DNA of 64,000 nt from Takakia lepidozioides (taxonomy: Eukaryota > Plantae > Bryophyta), in assembly GCA_030704615.1 (NCBI GenBank), contig CM060734.1:21452001-21516000 (forward strand), written 5' to 3'. Below are positions 10,861 through 22,126 of this stretch, in pieces (position 1 is the stretch's first letter; every line of letters starts with the position of its first letter). The notes under the pieces are model-generated. The model saw only the letters and a program-made list of their open reading frames with translations, ran no database searches and was not told the DNA's origin. Made by a program: the position numbers and the translations under genes.

Positions 10861-13678
10861 GTACCACTGCCAAGTTTGGGTCAACTCTGCCATCGACATT
10901 GGGAAGGTGACATGGCGCACAATTACGCACATGGTCTTTCCAAGTCATGCCATCCCGACCCTCTAAGATCAGGACCCCTGAGGGCAACACCTCTCGAACC
11001 CTCAGAATAACACGCCCTGCAGTAACATCCAGAGTCGTAGGAGCAGTCTGCTGCAAATAAACATAGTCACCAGGGCTAAACCTCCGAACCCCAGGACGAT
11101 ATCCTCCACCACGTATAGTGGCATACCTCAACGTATCACGGTGCTGTGCAATGGCAAGGTTCTCAAAAGCCATGGGCATGACTTTCTTGAACAACTCTGC
11201 ACGCTGATCACATGCACGTACCCACACGTCCGGATCGTCAAGGTTAAGGACTTGAGCAGTGTCCCTACGAATGGCTGCAGGCAAATCCGGCTCTCGGCCA
11301 AAGAGAAGGAAATATGGTGAGAAGGAGGCAAGTGATGCTTGTTTGCTGAACCTGTAGCCCATGGCTAACCAAGGAACCTGAAGATCCCAATCTCCTAGGT
11401 GTCCCTTCTGCAAGCCATACTTGCGCAAACCCCTCTTCACCGTCTGAACAACTCTCTCTGCTAAGCCATCGGCCTCAGGATGATCCCGAGAAGTGGTGCG
11501 GTGGTCTATCAAGGCTTTATCACACAAAGCCTGAAACTCCCCCAAGAACTCTCTCCCTTGGTCCGTGAGTACCTCAGCTGGAGCACCAAATCGGCTAAGC
11601 ACACGATCCAAGAATGCATACGCAGCCCCCTCACTAGCCTTGTCAGGCAATGGAACCAACTCAATCCACTTGGAGAAGTGCTCCACCATCACCAACACAT
11701 ATCTGTGGTGGCGCATAGTCAGTGGCAACGGTCCTGCGAAGTCAAGACTCCACCTGTAGCCCAATCCCATGATAGGTAAAGGATGCAACTGTGGTGTAGG
11801 GGCGTTGAATGAAGCACGCACCCTGTCACACACCATGCACCTAGCCACAAACTGTTGCACCTCTGTATGCATACCACGCCACCAATACTGCCCCTGCAGT
11901 AAACTGTGAGTGCGTCGCACTCCAAAATGCCCCAACTCCTCATGGGCATGCCGCACTAACCGTGCACGCTGTGTGGGGTGAGGCACAATCCTCACCCGAC
12001 CATCCTCCCACACTCGAAGTAGGTGTATCCCCTCCCACTTGAACCTCTTGGCTCGTTGCAGGATCCGATCCCTCTCCCTGGCAGTCACAATGGCTGCCGT
12101 GTCTCCCGTGCGGAGGTAGTCCAACACAGCCGAATCCTCATGTATATCTCTGGCACCACCTAGCTCATCACTAGCCTCAGGGTCCTCAGACACTCCGTCT
12201 ACAGTCATCCCTGTTGTAGGTCCAATCTGACCTCCCGATGCCAAGATACACAAAAATGCAGATGCGTGCCATCCCGGCACCATCTCCTCGTCCGTCTCAC
12301 CATGCCACCGAGCTCCAGTGTCATCCTGCTGGCTCATGCATGGATTGCGACTCAATCCATCCGCATCCCGATTGACCAAACCCGGTCGATGCACAACCTG
12401 AAAGTCATACTCCTGGAGTATAAGTGCCCACCGTGCAAGCTTCCCCGTAAGCTTGTCTGACTCCATCAACCACTTGAGTGGCTGGTGATCCGTGACAAGG
12501 GTGAAAAGATTGCCGTATAGATAGCACCTGAAGTGTGCCACGGCCCACACTGCAGCTAAGCACTCTCCCTCATATGAGCTGTACTTAGCCTCTGCAGCGT
12601 TGTTCGAGCGGCTAGCGTAAGCCACTACGAACTCTCTTCCCTCATCATCCACCTGTGTGAGCACCGCTCCAAGCCCCAGCATGCTCCAATCCGTATGCAG
12701 CTGAAAGGGACGCCCCCTGATAGGTCGTCTCAAGATAGGCGCCGAGGTCAACCTCGCCTTGAGCTCTTGAAAAGCTCGTTCCTGCTCATCTTCCCACTGC
12801 CACTCCTGGTCCACCTTGGTCAGCTTGGTTAGAGCCTTTGCAATGGTACTAAATCCCTTGACAAACCGTCTATAATAGTTTGCCAACCCCATGAAAGCTC
12901 GAACTCGGCTCACATCCGTGGGGCGTGGAATTTGTGCAATGGCCTCTACCTTAGTCTGCTGTACCCCCAATCCTCCAGGATATATCATGTGACCCAGATA
13001 CTCAATCTGGTTGTGGAAAAACTTGCACTTCCCCGGATGCAACTTCAATCCGTGCGCTCTCAAGCGCTCCAATACCACCTGAAGGTGTCTCTCATGCTCC
13101 TCCATCGTAACACTAAAGATGATGATGTCATCTATGTAGCACCGAGCAAAGTCCACCCCTGCTAGAATCCTATCCATGACTCTCTGAAACTCTGCAGGAG
13201 CATTCTTAAGCCCAAATGGTAAGAACCGCCACTGATATAGGCAATCCTTGCCGTGCTCATTGATCCCCCAGAATGCCGTCTTCTGCTTGTCCGCCTCCTT
13301 GATTGGCAACTGGTGATATCCGGATCGTAAATCCAAAGTGCTAAAGGCCTTAGCATGCCCGATGGCATCAAAGATCTCCTCTGGTGTTGGCATGGCATAC
13401 TTATCGGACTTGGTCTGACGATTTACAGGCCGGTAATCACCGCACATACGTCTCTCCGTCCAATTGCCATAGACATCCTTCTTGGCTGGCATCACTGTGG
13501 CTGAAGCATACTCTCCACCAGAGAGCTCCACCAAACCTGCCTCCCAGAGATCTTGAGTCCTCATCTGAATCAAAGACCTCTCCATGTCACTGTATCTATA
13601 GGGTCTCCGAAAGATTGGCGTGTCAGTGGCCAACTCAATACGGATCTCTTGACCCTTCAGTGCTCCCAAGTCCTTCAA
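10763..13678 (-). CDS. pol: RT - RNase H - integrase (GPY/F-like tail), 971 aa open
   Basis: [22 protein letters not shown] (RT); [21 protein letters not shown] (RH); HEELGH...CMVC, LDFAGP, TDQGREF, GLAER (INT). Confidence 0.95.
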   Translation of the reverse strand: MKDLGALKGQEIRIELATDTPIFRRPYRYSDMERSLIQMRTQDLWEAGLVELSGGEYASATVMPAKKDVYGNWTERRMCGDYRPVNRQTKSDKYAMPTPEEIFDAIGHAKAFSTLDLRSGYHQLPIKEADKQKTAFWGINEHGKDCLYQWRFLPFGLKNAPAEFQRVMDRILAGVDFARCYIDDIIIFSVTMEEHERHLQVVLERLRAHGLKLHPGKCKFFHNQIEYLGHMIYPGGLGVQQTKVEAIAQIPRPTDVSRVRAFMGLANYYRRFVKGFSTIAKALTKLTKVDQEWQWEDEQERAFQELKARLTSAPILRRPIRGRPFQLHTDWSMLGLGAVLTQVDDEGREFVVAYASRSNNAAEAKYSSYEGECLAAVWAVAHFRCYLYGNLFTLVTDHQPLKWLMESDKLTGKLARWALILQEYDFQVVHRPGLVNRDADGLSRNPCMSQQDDTGARWHGETDEEMVPGWHASAFLCILASGGQIGPTTGMTVDGVSEDPEASDELGGARDIHEDSAVLDYLRTGDTAAIVTARERDRILQRAKRFKWEGIHLLRVWEDGRVRIVPHPTQRARLVRHAHEELGHFGVRRTHSLLQGQYWWRGMHTEVQQFVARCMVCDRVRASFNAPTPQLHPLPIMGLGYRWSLDFAGPLPLTMRHHRYVLVMVEHFSKWIELVPLPDKASEGAAYAFLDRVLSRFGAPAEVLTDQGREFLGEFQALCDKALIDHRTTSRDHPEADGLAERVVQTVKRGLRKYGLQKGHLGDWDLQVPWLAMGYRFSKQASLASFSPYFLLFGREPDLPAAIRRDTAQVLNLDDPDVWVRACDQRAELFKKVMPMAFENLAIAQHRDTLRYATIRGGGYRPGVRRFSPGDYVYLQQTAPTTLDVTAGRVILRVREVLPSGVLILEGRDGMTWKDHVRNCAPCHLPNVDGRVDPNLAVVPAGLRCMLCGSAKGAATMLVCDRAQGVGIWDA

Positions 13679-14099
13679 ACTGAAGGCAAAGCAATTCCTG
13701 TAAGCCCTCAGGAACCGCCGTATACGTCGTCTCTCTCCTCCGGTGACAATGGGTCCAATGTCAGGCTCCCAATTGTCCTCCGTAACTACAACCTTAAGTC
13801 CAGTGGGCTTAGAGGTAGAGGACGCGTCCCGTGGTTGCTATGCTGCAACCTCTTGAGCAGTACTCCCTACCTGCTCAGTCAATGACAAGGCATCATCCTG
13901 CCCCATCATCTCATCCTTGAGGACCTCCTCAACCGAGAAGAATCCCCAACCTCATCCATCACAGCCGCCTTGGCTGCCAACTCCCTCTGAACCTCGAGCA
14001 CCTCCCACGTGTGCCATGGATGCATGCACCCCGTGGTCCTCACATGCTCGCCCCCACTCACTGCCTGTACCGTCTCGGTAGGCAGAGAGACCATTGAGG

Positions 14100-15100
14100 G
14101 AAGTGTACTCCGCACTCTGCGTTGCTCAGCTAGAGCCAAGCTGATAATCCAGGTCAAGCAATTGAGATCCATTGCTTGCCCCAACACTTGACGACGTGAT
14201 GCCTCAGAAAGAGACGACACCGCCGTGGTACCAGTGGTAAAACCCATTGCCCGCTCACGCTCGTCAGCATTAGGCTCCACTAACTGCTGCAAACTGAGCA
14301 TCCCACAGGAGGCCAGGTCCACTATCCCGGAAAGCATGCGATCCTGGGAAGCTGAGCAGTGTAGGTAATGCTGCTCGTGGTTGACCCACCTTGTTGACCA
14401 CTGCCAAAGGCGAACGGTCATCGTGTCTCACACGTTGAGACTGCCTCCCTGTGTCCAGAATGTTATCCACTGTGAGATGTGTTGCTGCCGCTGCACCCCA
14501 TCAAATGCACGCTTGAGCAGTGCGGGTGGCATCATGTTAGTCCACCATAGCCGTGGACGATGAGCCCGTGACCCCACTGTAGCTGCATCTAGCAACACTG
14601 CTGACCCAAGCCACGACCGGACTTGATGCACACTGGCCATCACCCTGGCCCGAGAATCGCCCATCAGTGGCACATTCTCCAAGATGTATGCTGGAGATAC
14701 AGCTTGATGAAGCTGCAAGTGGCGCAAAACCCGCACCATCTCCCAAAACAGACCCGACCTCGAGTCTCGCAATCCATTGCCATGCCCGGCTGATGAATGC
14801 CCTTGGCAGGGCCAACCTGCCACTACCAGATCAATGGAGCCAACCCGCTCCAAATCCTGCGCCCCCAGCAACGAAATGTCTGCTGGCAAGGCCTGCTGAT
14901 ATCCACGAATTGCAGACACCGACAACAACTCAGGGTACCGCTGCACCAACTGAGCAACATGGCGAAGTGAAACGCGTCGTGCAGTCTCATCCCTCTCCAC
15001 ATACAGGTAACGCCGAACTCGTACACCTGCCTGTAACACAGCAGCCAATCCGGTGCTGATCCCGCCAAACAAGTCCAGAAGACAAATGCCTTCATCCGGA
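14100..15100 (-). pseudogene. C5 cytosine DNA methyltransferase domain, DNMT3-like, within the retrotransposon polyprotein (two frameshifts near 14475 and 14280)
   Basis: Motif I LDLFGGISTG, motif II YVERD, motif IV DLVVAGWPCQ, RSGLFWE, motif VI LENV, motif VIII HRPRLWWTN, motif IX ERAMGF, motif X RRQVLGQAMD, all in unpermuted order. Confidence 0.93.
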
Positions 15101-15449
15101 GACTGCCACACAATAGGTGTGTGGTGTCCAATGGAGACAATTGAGGTGGTCCTGGTGCAATCCCCCACACTCTCCTCCTCTCCTGACGGTACAAAAGCCT
15201 CCACCCAGGCTTGTTGCACCCGTCGATCAGCATCCCGCTGCAAATCCTTGCTCGTGCCCCACAATGGAGTCTGAGCAACCATGGTAGGCAACTCCGCCAT
15301 ACCATACATGTCATCCTGCTCTCCCAGGAGGTGGTACATCCTCTGAATGAGCATTGCCCTCAAGCAACTCTCTAGGCCAACTCACTGCCGCTGTGAATGC
15401 TGCTAGTGTCGGCATCTTGCCTCGCTGGGCAACCGCAACTCCTCCTATG

Positions 15450-15835
15450 AACGTCACAGGGAGCTGCACACGGCCCCCTCCCCTGACTGCCATGCAGGCC
15501 TATAGGAAGCTGACTCCTCCCAAAAATCCAGGGTGAAGCCCATGGGGTACAACACTGCCCCACCAACACCAGGACATCGTATGAGACTGCGTCTGTCACA
15601 ATGGCCTTGGCTCGCATCACTGAGCCATCTGTAGGGTGATCCGGCCGTAGTCTGATAGCCAACTCACGCCGTGTCATGCCCCGAGCCTGCTCCGATCCTC
15701 CAGAGACGTCTGTATCTGGAAAGGACAAGGCTCCATATCCGCCTCCGTGAGGCCCAAGCCTGCAATAGCAGCTCTGCCCAGCATCAGTGGCTGAGCTCCC
15801 GAGTCCAACAAGACTCGCAGTGGCCGGTACCTCTT
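15450..15835 (-). pseudogene. Retropepsin aspartic protease of the gypsy-DNMT element (frameshifted)
   Basis: Alternate frame reads RPLRVLLDSGAQPLMLG (DSG at about 15797-15805), followed by ...SYDVLV(L)G. Confidence 0.8.
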
Positions 15836-16699
15836 GCCTGCCGGTCCACTCTCAAACAGAAAATGCCATCCTGGTTGTCTAACATGACAACTCCAGGTGT
15901 CACCATGGCGCGCTCAATGGCTGGCCTAGCTGGCAGCTCCATCAACCTGGCAGCTGCAGCTTGCCATGGCGCCGCCGTGGCAGTCTTGACCCTCAAATCC
16001 GAGGATCCCTCCGGCACTACACCTCCCACTATCTCCGCAGAAGATGAAGTAACCTCCCCACTCTCACAGAGTGTAGCTGCCAGCCTGAACACCTCAGCTG
16101 GTCTTACCCCCGGCGTCGCAATCATGGTAGCCGAGAACAATGGAGCCTGGCACACAGATGTGGCCGCTCCTAGCAGCACACTAGCTGCCGTAGCCTTGGC
16201 AACACTAGGTAGTGGTGCTACCCGTGTAGCTCTCCCCAATGGCATAGTAACCTCCGCCTCGGTAACAGTCGGGCGAGAACTAGGTGCCATGGATGGCGTC
16301 GACACTGTCTCCGCCAATGTGAATGACTGAGGAAGCCTAGCCTGACGGCTTGCCTCCCCACGCTGTGGATCCAACTCCACCTCTGCACCTCGTGGCTCAG
16401 GAACTCGTGCTGCTCCTCGAGTCACGGCTGCAGCAGACTCCACCTGCACTAGTGGTAGTGCTGCTCCACACATGAATCCCATGCCTCCCATATCTCCTCC
16501 CTCAGGAGCAGGAGGTGGACCATCCGGCCTTAGAGCCGGTACACCTGAGCTGTAGCCATGGCAGCGAGCCTCTGCTCTAGCTGCTGAAGCCGGTTGGCCA
16601 TGCCTTGGTCAACACCCTGACCTCCGCGTCCTTGGCCACGTTGAGCTTGCCCTTGGCCTGCACCTCGTGGCTGGCCACCTCGTCCTCTCTGGGCTGCTC

Positions 16700-18019
16700 C
16701 ACCTCGCCCCCGGCCACCATTGTTCCCTTGGAACTGGCCTGGCGCAACTCAGGATGCAAACCATAACACTGGGCCTCTCCATGCCCGTGTTTGCCACAAT
16801 GCCACACACTGCAACTGTGCAGGCTGTGCATGTGCCGGCCCTTTGCCTCCCTCTGGGCAATCCTTCTTGACATGGGGTCCTCCACATGTCCAGCACACCA
16901 CATCCGCCCGTTGTTGGCCAGCAAATGAAGGGAGAGACCCCTGCATCTGAGGTCCTCTCTGCCCTTCCCTGAGCTTCACCTGAGCCCCCTTGTTGCCTTG
17001 AGCACGTTGAGGTAGTGGTTGGCTAGGAGCACCACTACCCCGTGGTGTCTCCTTAGCAAATCCCACCATGACCACTCGTTCCTCCACCATGTTGAGCTCT
17101 ATCCGCTCTGCCAGCAAAAACACATTTGCTAAGGTGGGTTGGGCCGCTTGTAGGAGAGTTGCATCCCGCACCCTTCTCCTCAGCTCCTTGTCCAATATCC
17201 CATACCAGAATTGGACTGCCTGAGCTTCCGTAACCCCTTGGGTTACATTTATCAAGCGCCTCATGCGAGTGAAAGCCTCCCTCAAGCTCTCGGTCGGCTT
17301 CCGTTGGAACTCTTGCAAGCTCCGCAACTTCTCTGTCCTCACCCCTTGGTAGTTCCCTCTCAACTCTTCGAAGAACTCCACAACAGGGTTGAGGCAGGCA
17401 CGGGTGCTAGTGCTGGTGCGTGGTAGTGGCTTGGGTGGACGTCGTAGCTACTGTACACCAGTCCCACTGCTACTTGCTGAAGCTGCCGGTGCAGCGGCAG
17501 GTGTAGCCACTGCCCTCGTGGCTCTAGTGCCCCTAGTGATGGAGACATAGTCGGGTGACCAGTACATCCTCCACTCCTCGATCTCAACCTCATGCCCCCG
17601 CCTGAACTCATGGTAATCATCCATAGGCGGCCCCTCAAGGTGCTGAAACAGCCCTTTCCATGCCATGAACGGCGTAAATAGTTGTGGATTGCGCATTTGC
17701 TGCAAATCACACCAACTATCAAACTCTTGGATAAAATCATCCAACTCGATGGTGCCCACCGCCCCAGAGTACCTTCGTGGCCCCTTGGTAGCTCCATACA
17801 TCTCCTCCATTGTGTCCCACAACAATGGCAAGAAAGAAACACTTGCACCGCCGGTATGAGTCCTCCTGATTCACAATCCGAATCAGAACCTTCCGTGGAA
17901 GACACAGGAGGTGAAGGTGGCCTAAACCGCACACCTCGTCTCGTGTACCCACTAGTATCGCTAGTGCTCGAACCGGCACTGTCCCCAGCAACTAGTGGCA
18001 CCTCCGTGTTGACACTCAA
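16700..18019 (-). pseudogene. gag of the gypsy-DNMT element with two zinc knuckles (disrupted)
   Basis: LDDFIQEFDSW, EFQRKPTESLREAFTRM, CWTCGGPHVKKDC and CGKHGHGEAQC across ORFs 17448-17831, 16749-17381 and 16577-16924. Confidence 0.8.
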
Positions 18020-18719
18020 CCGGTCATGAACATGTCCCTAACCCCCTCTCCACAAGGTAACCGGGGTAGAGAACCTGTTGCGGCTTATGGTTTGGAATAC
18101 TAAGTTCCTAACATAGCCTACACCTGTACCTGCATCCACCGCAAGCACTCCTATGGTTGGCTGGTCACACCTCCAACCTCAACACAGGAGAAACAATGAT
18201 GGTCTGGCTGGTCATCACCCAGCCTCACCATCGACAGCAGCTCTAGACTGGCCGGTGATCAAATCCGACCAATCACCTATAAAAACAAGCGCCCACACAA
18301 AACTAGCATGGCGCACAGTCAAGCATGCAGGTATGGAGGGGATCCAAACACAAGAAATCAGATCGACAACTCCCCCACACCAAAAACAACTCCACGGTGT
18401 TGCTCCTGCAAGGACACCCCAGCCCAAACCGGACTGACTCTTGCCTCCACCTACGGAAAGGTCTTGGCCTAATGAGAGGGTGGAAACTACGAGGAAGAGA
18501 AGCTAAAGCAATGCCTAACCCCAGCATGCTCTATCCCCAACACTCTTGCCTCTCCTCTCTATCCTCACTTGCATGACCATGGGAATATCATGAAGATACT
18601 CCTCAAACCGCCCTCCACGAGCTTCAAAAAATTCGGCCTTCCAGACCACATGCCAGTCCTTAGGCAGACCCACCAGTGCCTCCACGAGTCAGCACAGGCC
18701 GTCCACAGGTCAACACGGG

Positions 18720-19242
18720 GCCACCACAGACCAGCACAGGCCCACACAGCTCACTGGTCAGGCCGTCACAGTCCCACAGGCCACTGGGCACAGCCTGTCG
18801 CAGCCCCCCTCACAGCCTGGTCACAGCCTCAAAGGCCCTCAGGCTCACGGCGTCAAAGCCCTCAACAGCCCCCCTAACAGCCCAAAGGCCTCAGGCACGT
18901 GCATATCACAGCCACTTCACAGCCCGTCACAGCCCCAAAGGCCAGCGGCACGGCCTGTCACAGCCCCTCCCAGCCCCGTCACAGCCCAAAGGCCTCAGGC
19001 ACGGCGGTTTGTCACAGCCCCTCAACAGCCCCTCACAAGCCCCCAAAGGCCAGGGACGGCCTGTCACAGCCCCTCACAAGCCCCCGTTCACAGCCTCACA
19101 GGGCACAGGGAAAGATAGTCACAAGCCATCACAGCCCCCATTTCAAAGCTGTCACAGCTTTGCCACAGCCCATCCACAGCCCATCACAGCCTCAAAGGCC
19201 AGGACACGGCCTTTTTTGTCACAGCCCCTCAAGCCCCCCTCA
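18720..19242. repeat. Degenerate (GT)CACAGCC short tandem array in the 5' untranslated region of the gypsy-DNMT element
   Basis: Many cacagcc/tcacagcc units up to the N gap. Confidence 0.85.
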
Positions 19243-19742
19243 NNNNNNNNNNNNNNNNNNNNNNNNNNNNNNNNNNNNNNNNNNNNNNNNNNNNNNNNNN
19301 NNNNNNNNNNNNNNNNNNNNNNNNNNNNNNNNNNNNNNNNNNNNNNNNNNNNNNNNNNNNNNNNNNNNNNNNNNNNNNNNNNNNNNNNNNNNNNNNNNNN
19401 NNNNNNNNNNNNNNNNNNNNNNNNNNNNNNNNNNNNNNNNNNNNNNNNNNNNNNNNNNNNNNNNNNNNNNNNNNNNNNNNNNNNNNNNNNNNNNNNNNNN
19501 NNNNNNNNNNNNNNNNNNNNNNNNNNNNNNNNNNNNNNNNNNNNNNNNNNNNNNNNNNNNNNNNNNNNNNNNNNNNNNNNNNNNNNNNNNNNNNNNNNNN
19601 NNNNNNNNNNNNNNNNNNNNNNNNNNNNNNNNNNNNNNNNNNNNNNNNNNNNNNNNNNNNNNNNNNNNNNNNNNNNNNNNNNNNNNNNNNNNNNNNNNNN
19701 NNNNNNNNNNNNNNNNNNNNNNNNNNNNNNNNNNNNNNNNNN
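19243..19742. other. Assembly gap (500 N)
   Basis: Run of exactly 500 N. Sequences on the two sides do not continue each other. Confidence 1.
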
Positions 19743-20619
19743 TGGTGTATCTTAGATCGCCATAAGACCATGGTCCAAATCTCAAGTATATGTGTCATAG
19801 AGCTGTTGAGGCATATCTATGTTCAAAAACATTAGGTTTTTTTTATGAGAATAATTACCTCAACAATAGTTTTTGAGGGAGGTAAAAACAATTGTTCATT
19901 ATATTGTTATCTTTATTACCTCAACAATAGTTTTTGAGGGAGGTCAAAAACAATTGTTCAGTATGTTTTTTTTTTTTTGGTTATTTTTCAATAGTGAAGT
20001 GGTTTGGATGATAAAGTGAATAAAAATGAATAAGGTGGCTGCAAGGGGGACGAAAGGGTGACTATGGAGGAGGATGAAATTAAAAAGCGTGATAAGTCGA
20101 ATGAAAATGTGAGTTATTCACTGTGGGGGGATGAAAAGGCAGTTAGTGGTTCACTTGGTAATTCTACTTTCGTTTCCACGATCCCGACAACCATTGGTGA
20201 TTCATATTGGACTGATTGCATTTTGTACTAACTTTTTGTTTGTGTACATAGAGACTTTATGTTGCAATGGGCAAGGTCCTTGGATCGGGGTTCAAATCCT
20301 CCATTAAGTGCAAATTGTATGAAATTAGATTTTTGTACTTCTGAATGGTGCTGAGTATCATCAACCTATTTTGTGGTGTTCACCAAAAAACTCTATTTTG
20401 TTTCCATATTGGTAGCCTTTAACATGCTATGTCAATTTTAGATTGTTTGCCTTATTGTCTCTACTATGTTTTGGATTCATTCGCCTAACACTCATTCAAC
20501 ATCTCCTACAATCGCCACTTATTTTGAATCGGCATTTTCTACCATAGCCACACATGCTCCACTTAGGTTCCCATGGCTGCCACTCGCGCCACAATGCAAA
20601 TAGTATAAAAGAAACGTTG

Positions 20620-20835
20620 GCGACCACTCACAAATCAGGCCCCTTAATTACAGTGAGTGGAGAAAATAACCTTTTTCATAGTAGACTTGCCATGAGGAGC
20701 CAAGCACAAGGCTCTAGGAACACCGCCCAAGGGAAGAGGGAGAAGATTATACCACACCCGACAAGGTAGCAGGATTTTGAACCGAGAATTACCTGGGTGG
20801 CACTCAGTGCTCTATCCAACTGAGCCACCCACTCG
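20620..20835 (-). mobile_element. tRNA-derived SINE-like element; second partial copy at about 20880-21017
   Basis: Minus strand reads gggtggctcagttggatagagc (A box)...ggttcaaaatcc (B box). The downstream body (taccttgtcgggtgtggta...gaaaaaggttatttt) is repeated at 20910-21017. Confidence 0.65.
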
Positions 20836-21029
20836 TGTTATAAGTTTATAAAAGAGAAATGAATTCCTGGGACTAGCTAGCGACTGCTCACACTTTAGGT
20901 CCCTTAATTAGAAAATAACCTTTTTCGAAGTAACCTAGGCGTTGAGCACAAGGCTAATGGGGCGACTACGTGAGGAGGGGAAGGAAGAGAGATCGTACCA
21001 CACCCAACAAGGTAGCATGTGTTTTGGTT

Positions 21030-22126
21030 TTGAAAGGAAAATACATTTGGAATACATCTGTTGACATTTGGAAAAAACATAGAGCCACTAAGGTGGCAGC
21101 CTTTCCCTAGAAGATTGTGAATAGAATTCTTCCAGTTGCTACCCTGTTCTCTAACTCTCCTTCTGAATGTGTTTCCTGTAATCTTCATGCACCGGAGGAT
21201 TTGGAACACTACTTGGTTCTTTGCCCTTTTGCCAGGGCTGTATGGGATAAGGCCCTATTCCTTTACTCCAACTGGTCTGCTAATATGTGCTTCTCTCCTT
21301 CTATTATGCTATTAAATATTAAGGAGGGAACCATCTTTTGCTCTTGTCGGGTTTGGGAGTCTATCAAGGGTATCATACTATGGCACATCTGGAAAATGAG
21401 GTGTACAATTGTATTTCAGAGGGTGAGGCCATGTTTTCAGAGGGTTTTGTACTTGGCTCACTCAGACTTGATGTCTAGGGCTCGTAAAGCGTGGTCTGTT
21501 CTGGTTTCAACTCTTTCAAAGTGTAGCAGCTCTAGGAGAAACCAGCTGCTTGCCGCCTTCGACAAATCATGGGGGAAAAAGATACATTTTCTGCAGAAGG
21601 ATTTCAGACTCTCAGGTCGCATGGGAGGACTCCCTCCCTACCTATTGGAAGCTCAATTAGCTCGAAGCTTTCCCCATTGGAAGCCGAAGACTCGGAGGTC
21701 AAGTACTGAAGACACAAGCGTAGCATTAGAAAGGGCAAATCAAAAGCCCAACTCTCTTTTGATGCTCCGAAACGTAAAAGGGGCAGTTCCTAGCTTCTGG
21801 CTGCTTGCTTAGTTGTTATCTTCGTTGCTAGCTGAAGGCCTCTGCTTCTGTTGCCTAACTCCGATTCTCGGTCATTTCCTTCTTCTCCTCTTTAAGTATT
21901 GCATCTGTTGTAGCTTATGGTTTTATAAGCTTGGTGTTTAGATGTAGCCTTCTTAGTCTTCTTCTAAGCTTTTCGCCTTCCTGTTGTTAGGCTCAGAGTG
22001 GAACCTCATTACTCAGCCTTCATGGCAAATGTAAGGTTATTTTTTCCTTACCCCCTTTTTTAATAAAGTTTTCAGGGCTACAATCCCCCTGTTCTCTTAT
22101 TTTATTATTTATTTATTTAAAAAAAC
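21030..22126 (+). mobile_element. 5'-truncated L1 LINE (zf-RVT C-terminus, 3' UTR, A-rich tail)
   Basis: CVSC...EDLEHYLVLCPFARAVW and LWHIWKMRC..VF in ORF 21117-21812; aataaa then a (tatt)n-A tail at about 22060-22126. Confidence 0.85.

Larger units (their letters stand above)
9738..19242 (-). mobile_element. Ty3/gypsy LTR retrotransposon carrying a DNMT3-like methyltransferase and a PHD finger (gag-PR-DNMT-RT-RH-INT-PHD); 5' end lost in assembly gap
   Basis: Colinear minus-strand domains. PPT (ctaggggggcgat) at about 10444-10456 abuts a TG..CA repeat. Several frameshifts are present. Confidence 0.92.

Noticed and set aside
14100-15363. Bacterial restriction-modification methylase or contamination
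   Set aside because: The domain is embedded between gypsy protease and RT, has DNMT3-like motif IX/X spacing, and has no neighbouring restriction enzyme or operon.
18676-19798. Long ORFs spanning the N run
   Set aside because: Artefacts of the gap and of the low-complexity CACAGCC array.
19852-19962. About 62-bp tandem duplication right of the gap
   Set aside because: Ordinary AT-rich local duplication near a contig end.
20770-20835. Functional tRNA gene
   Set aside because: A and B boxes are present but there is no convincing acceptor or anticodon stem; treated as a SINE head. B-box-like bits at about 20290 and 24712 are too short to call.
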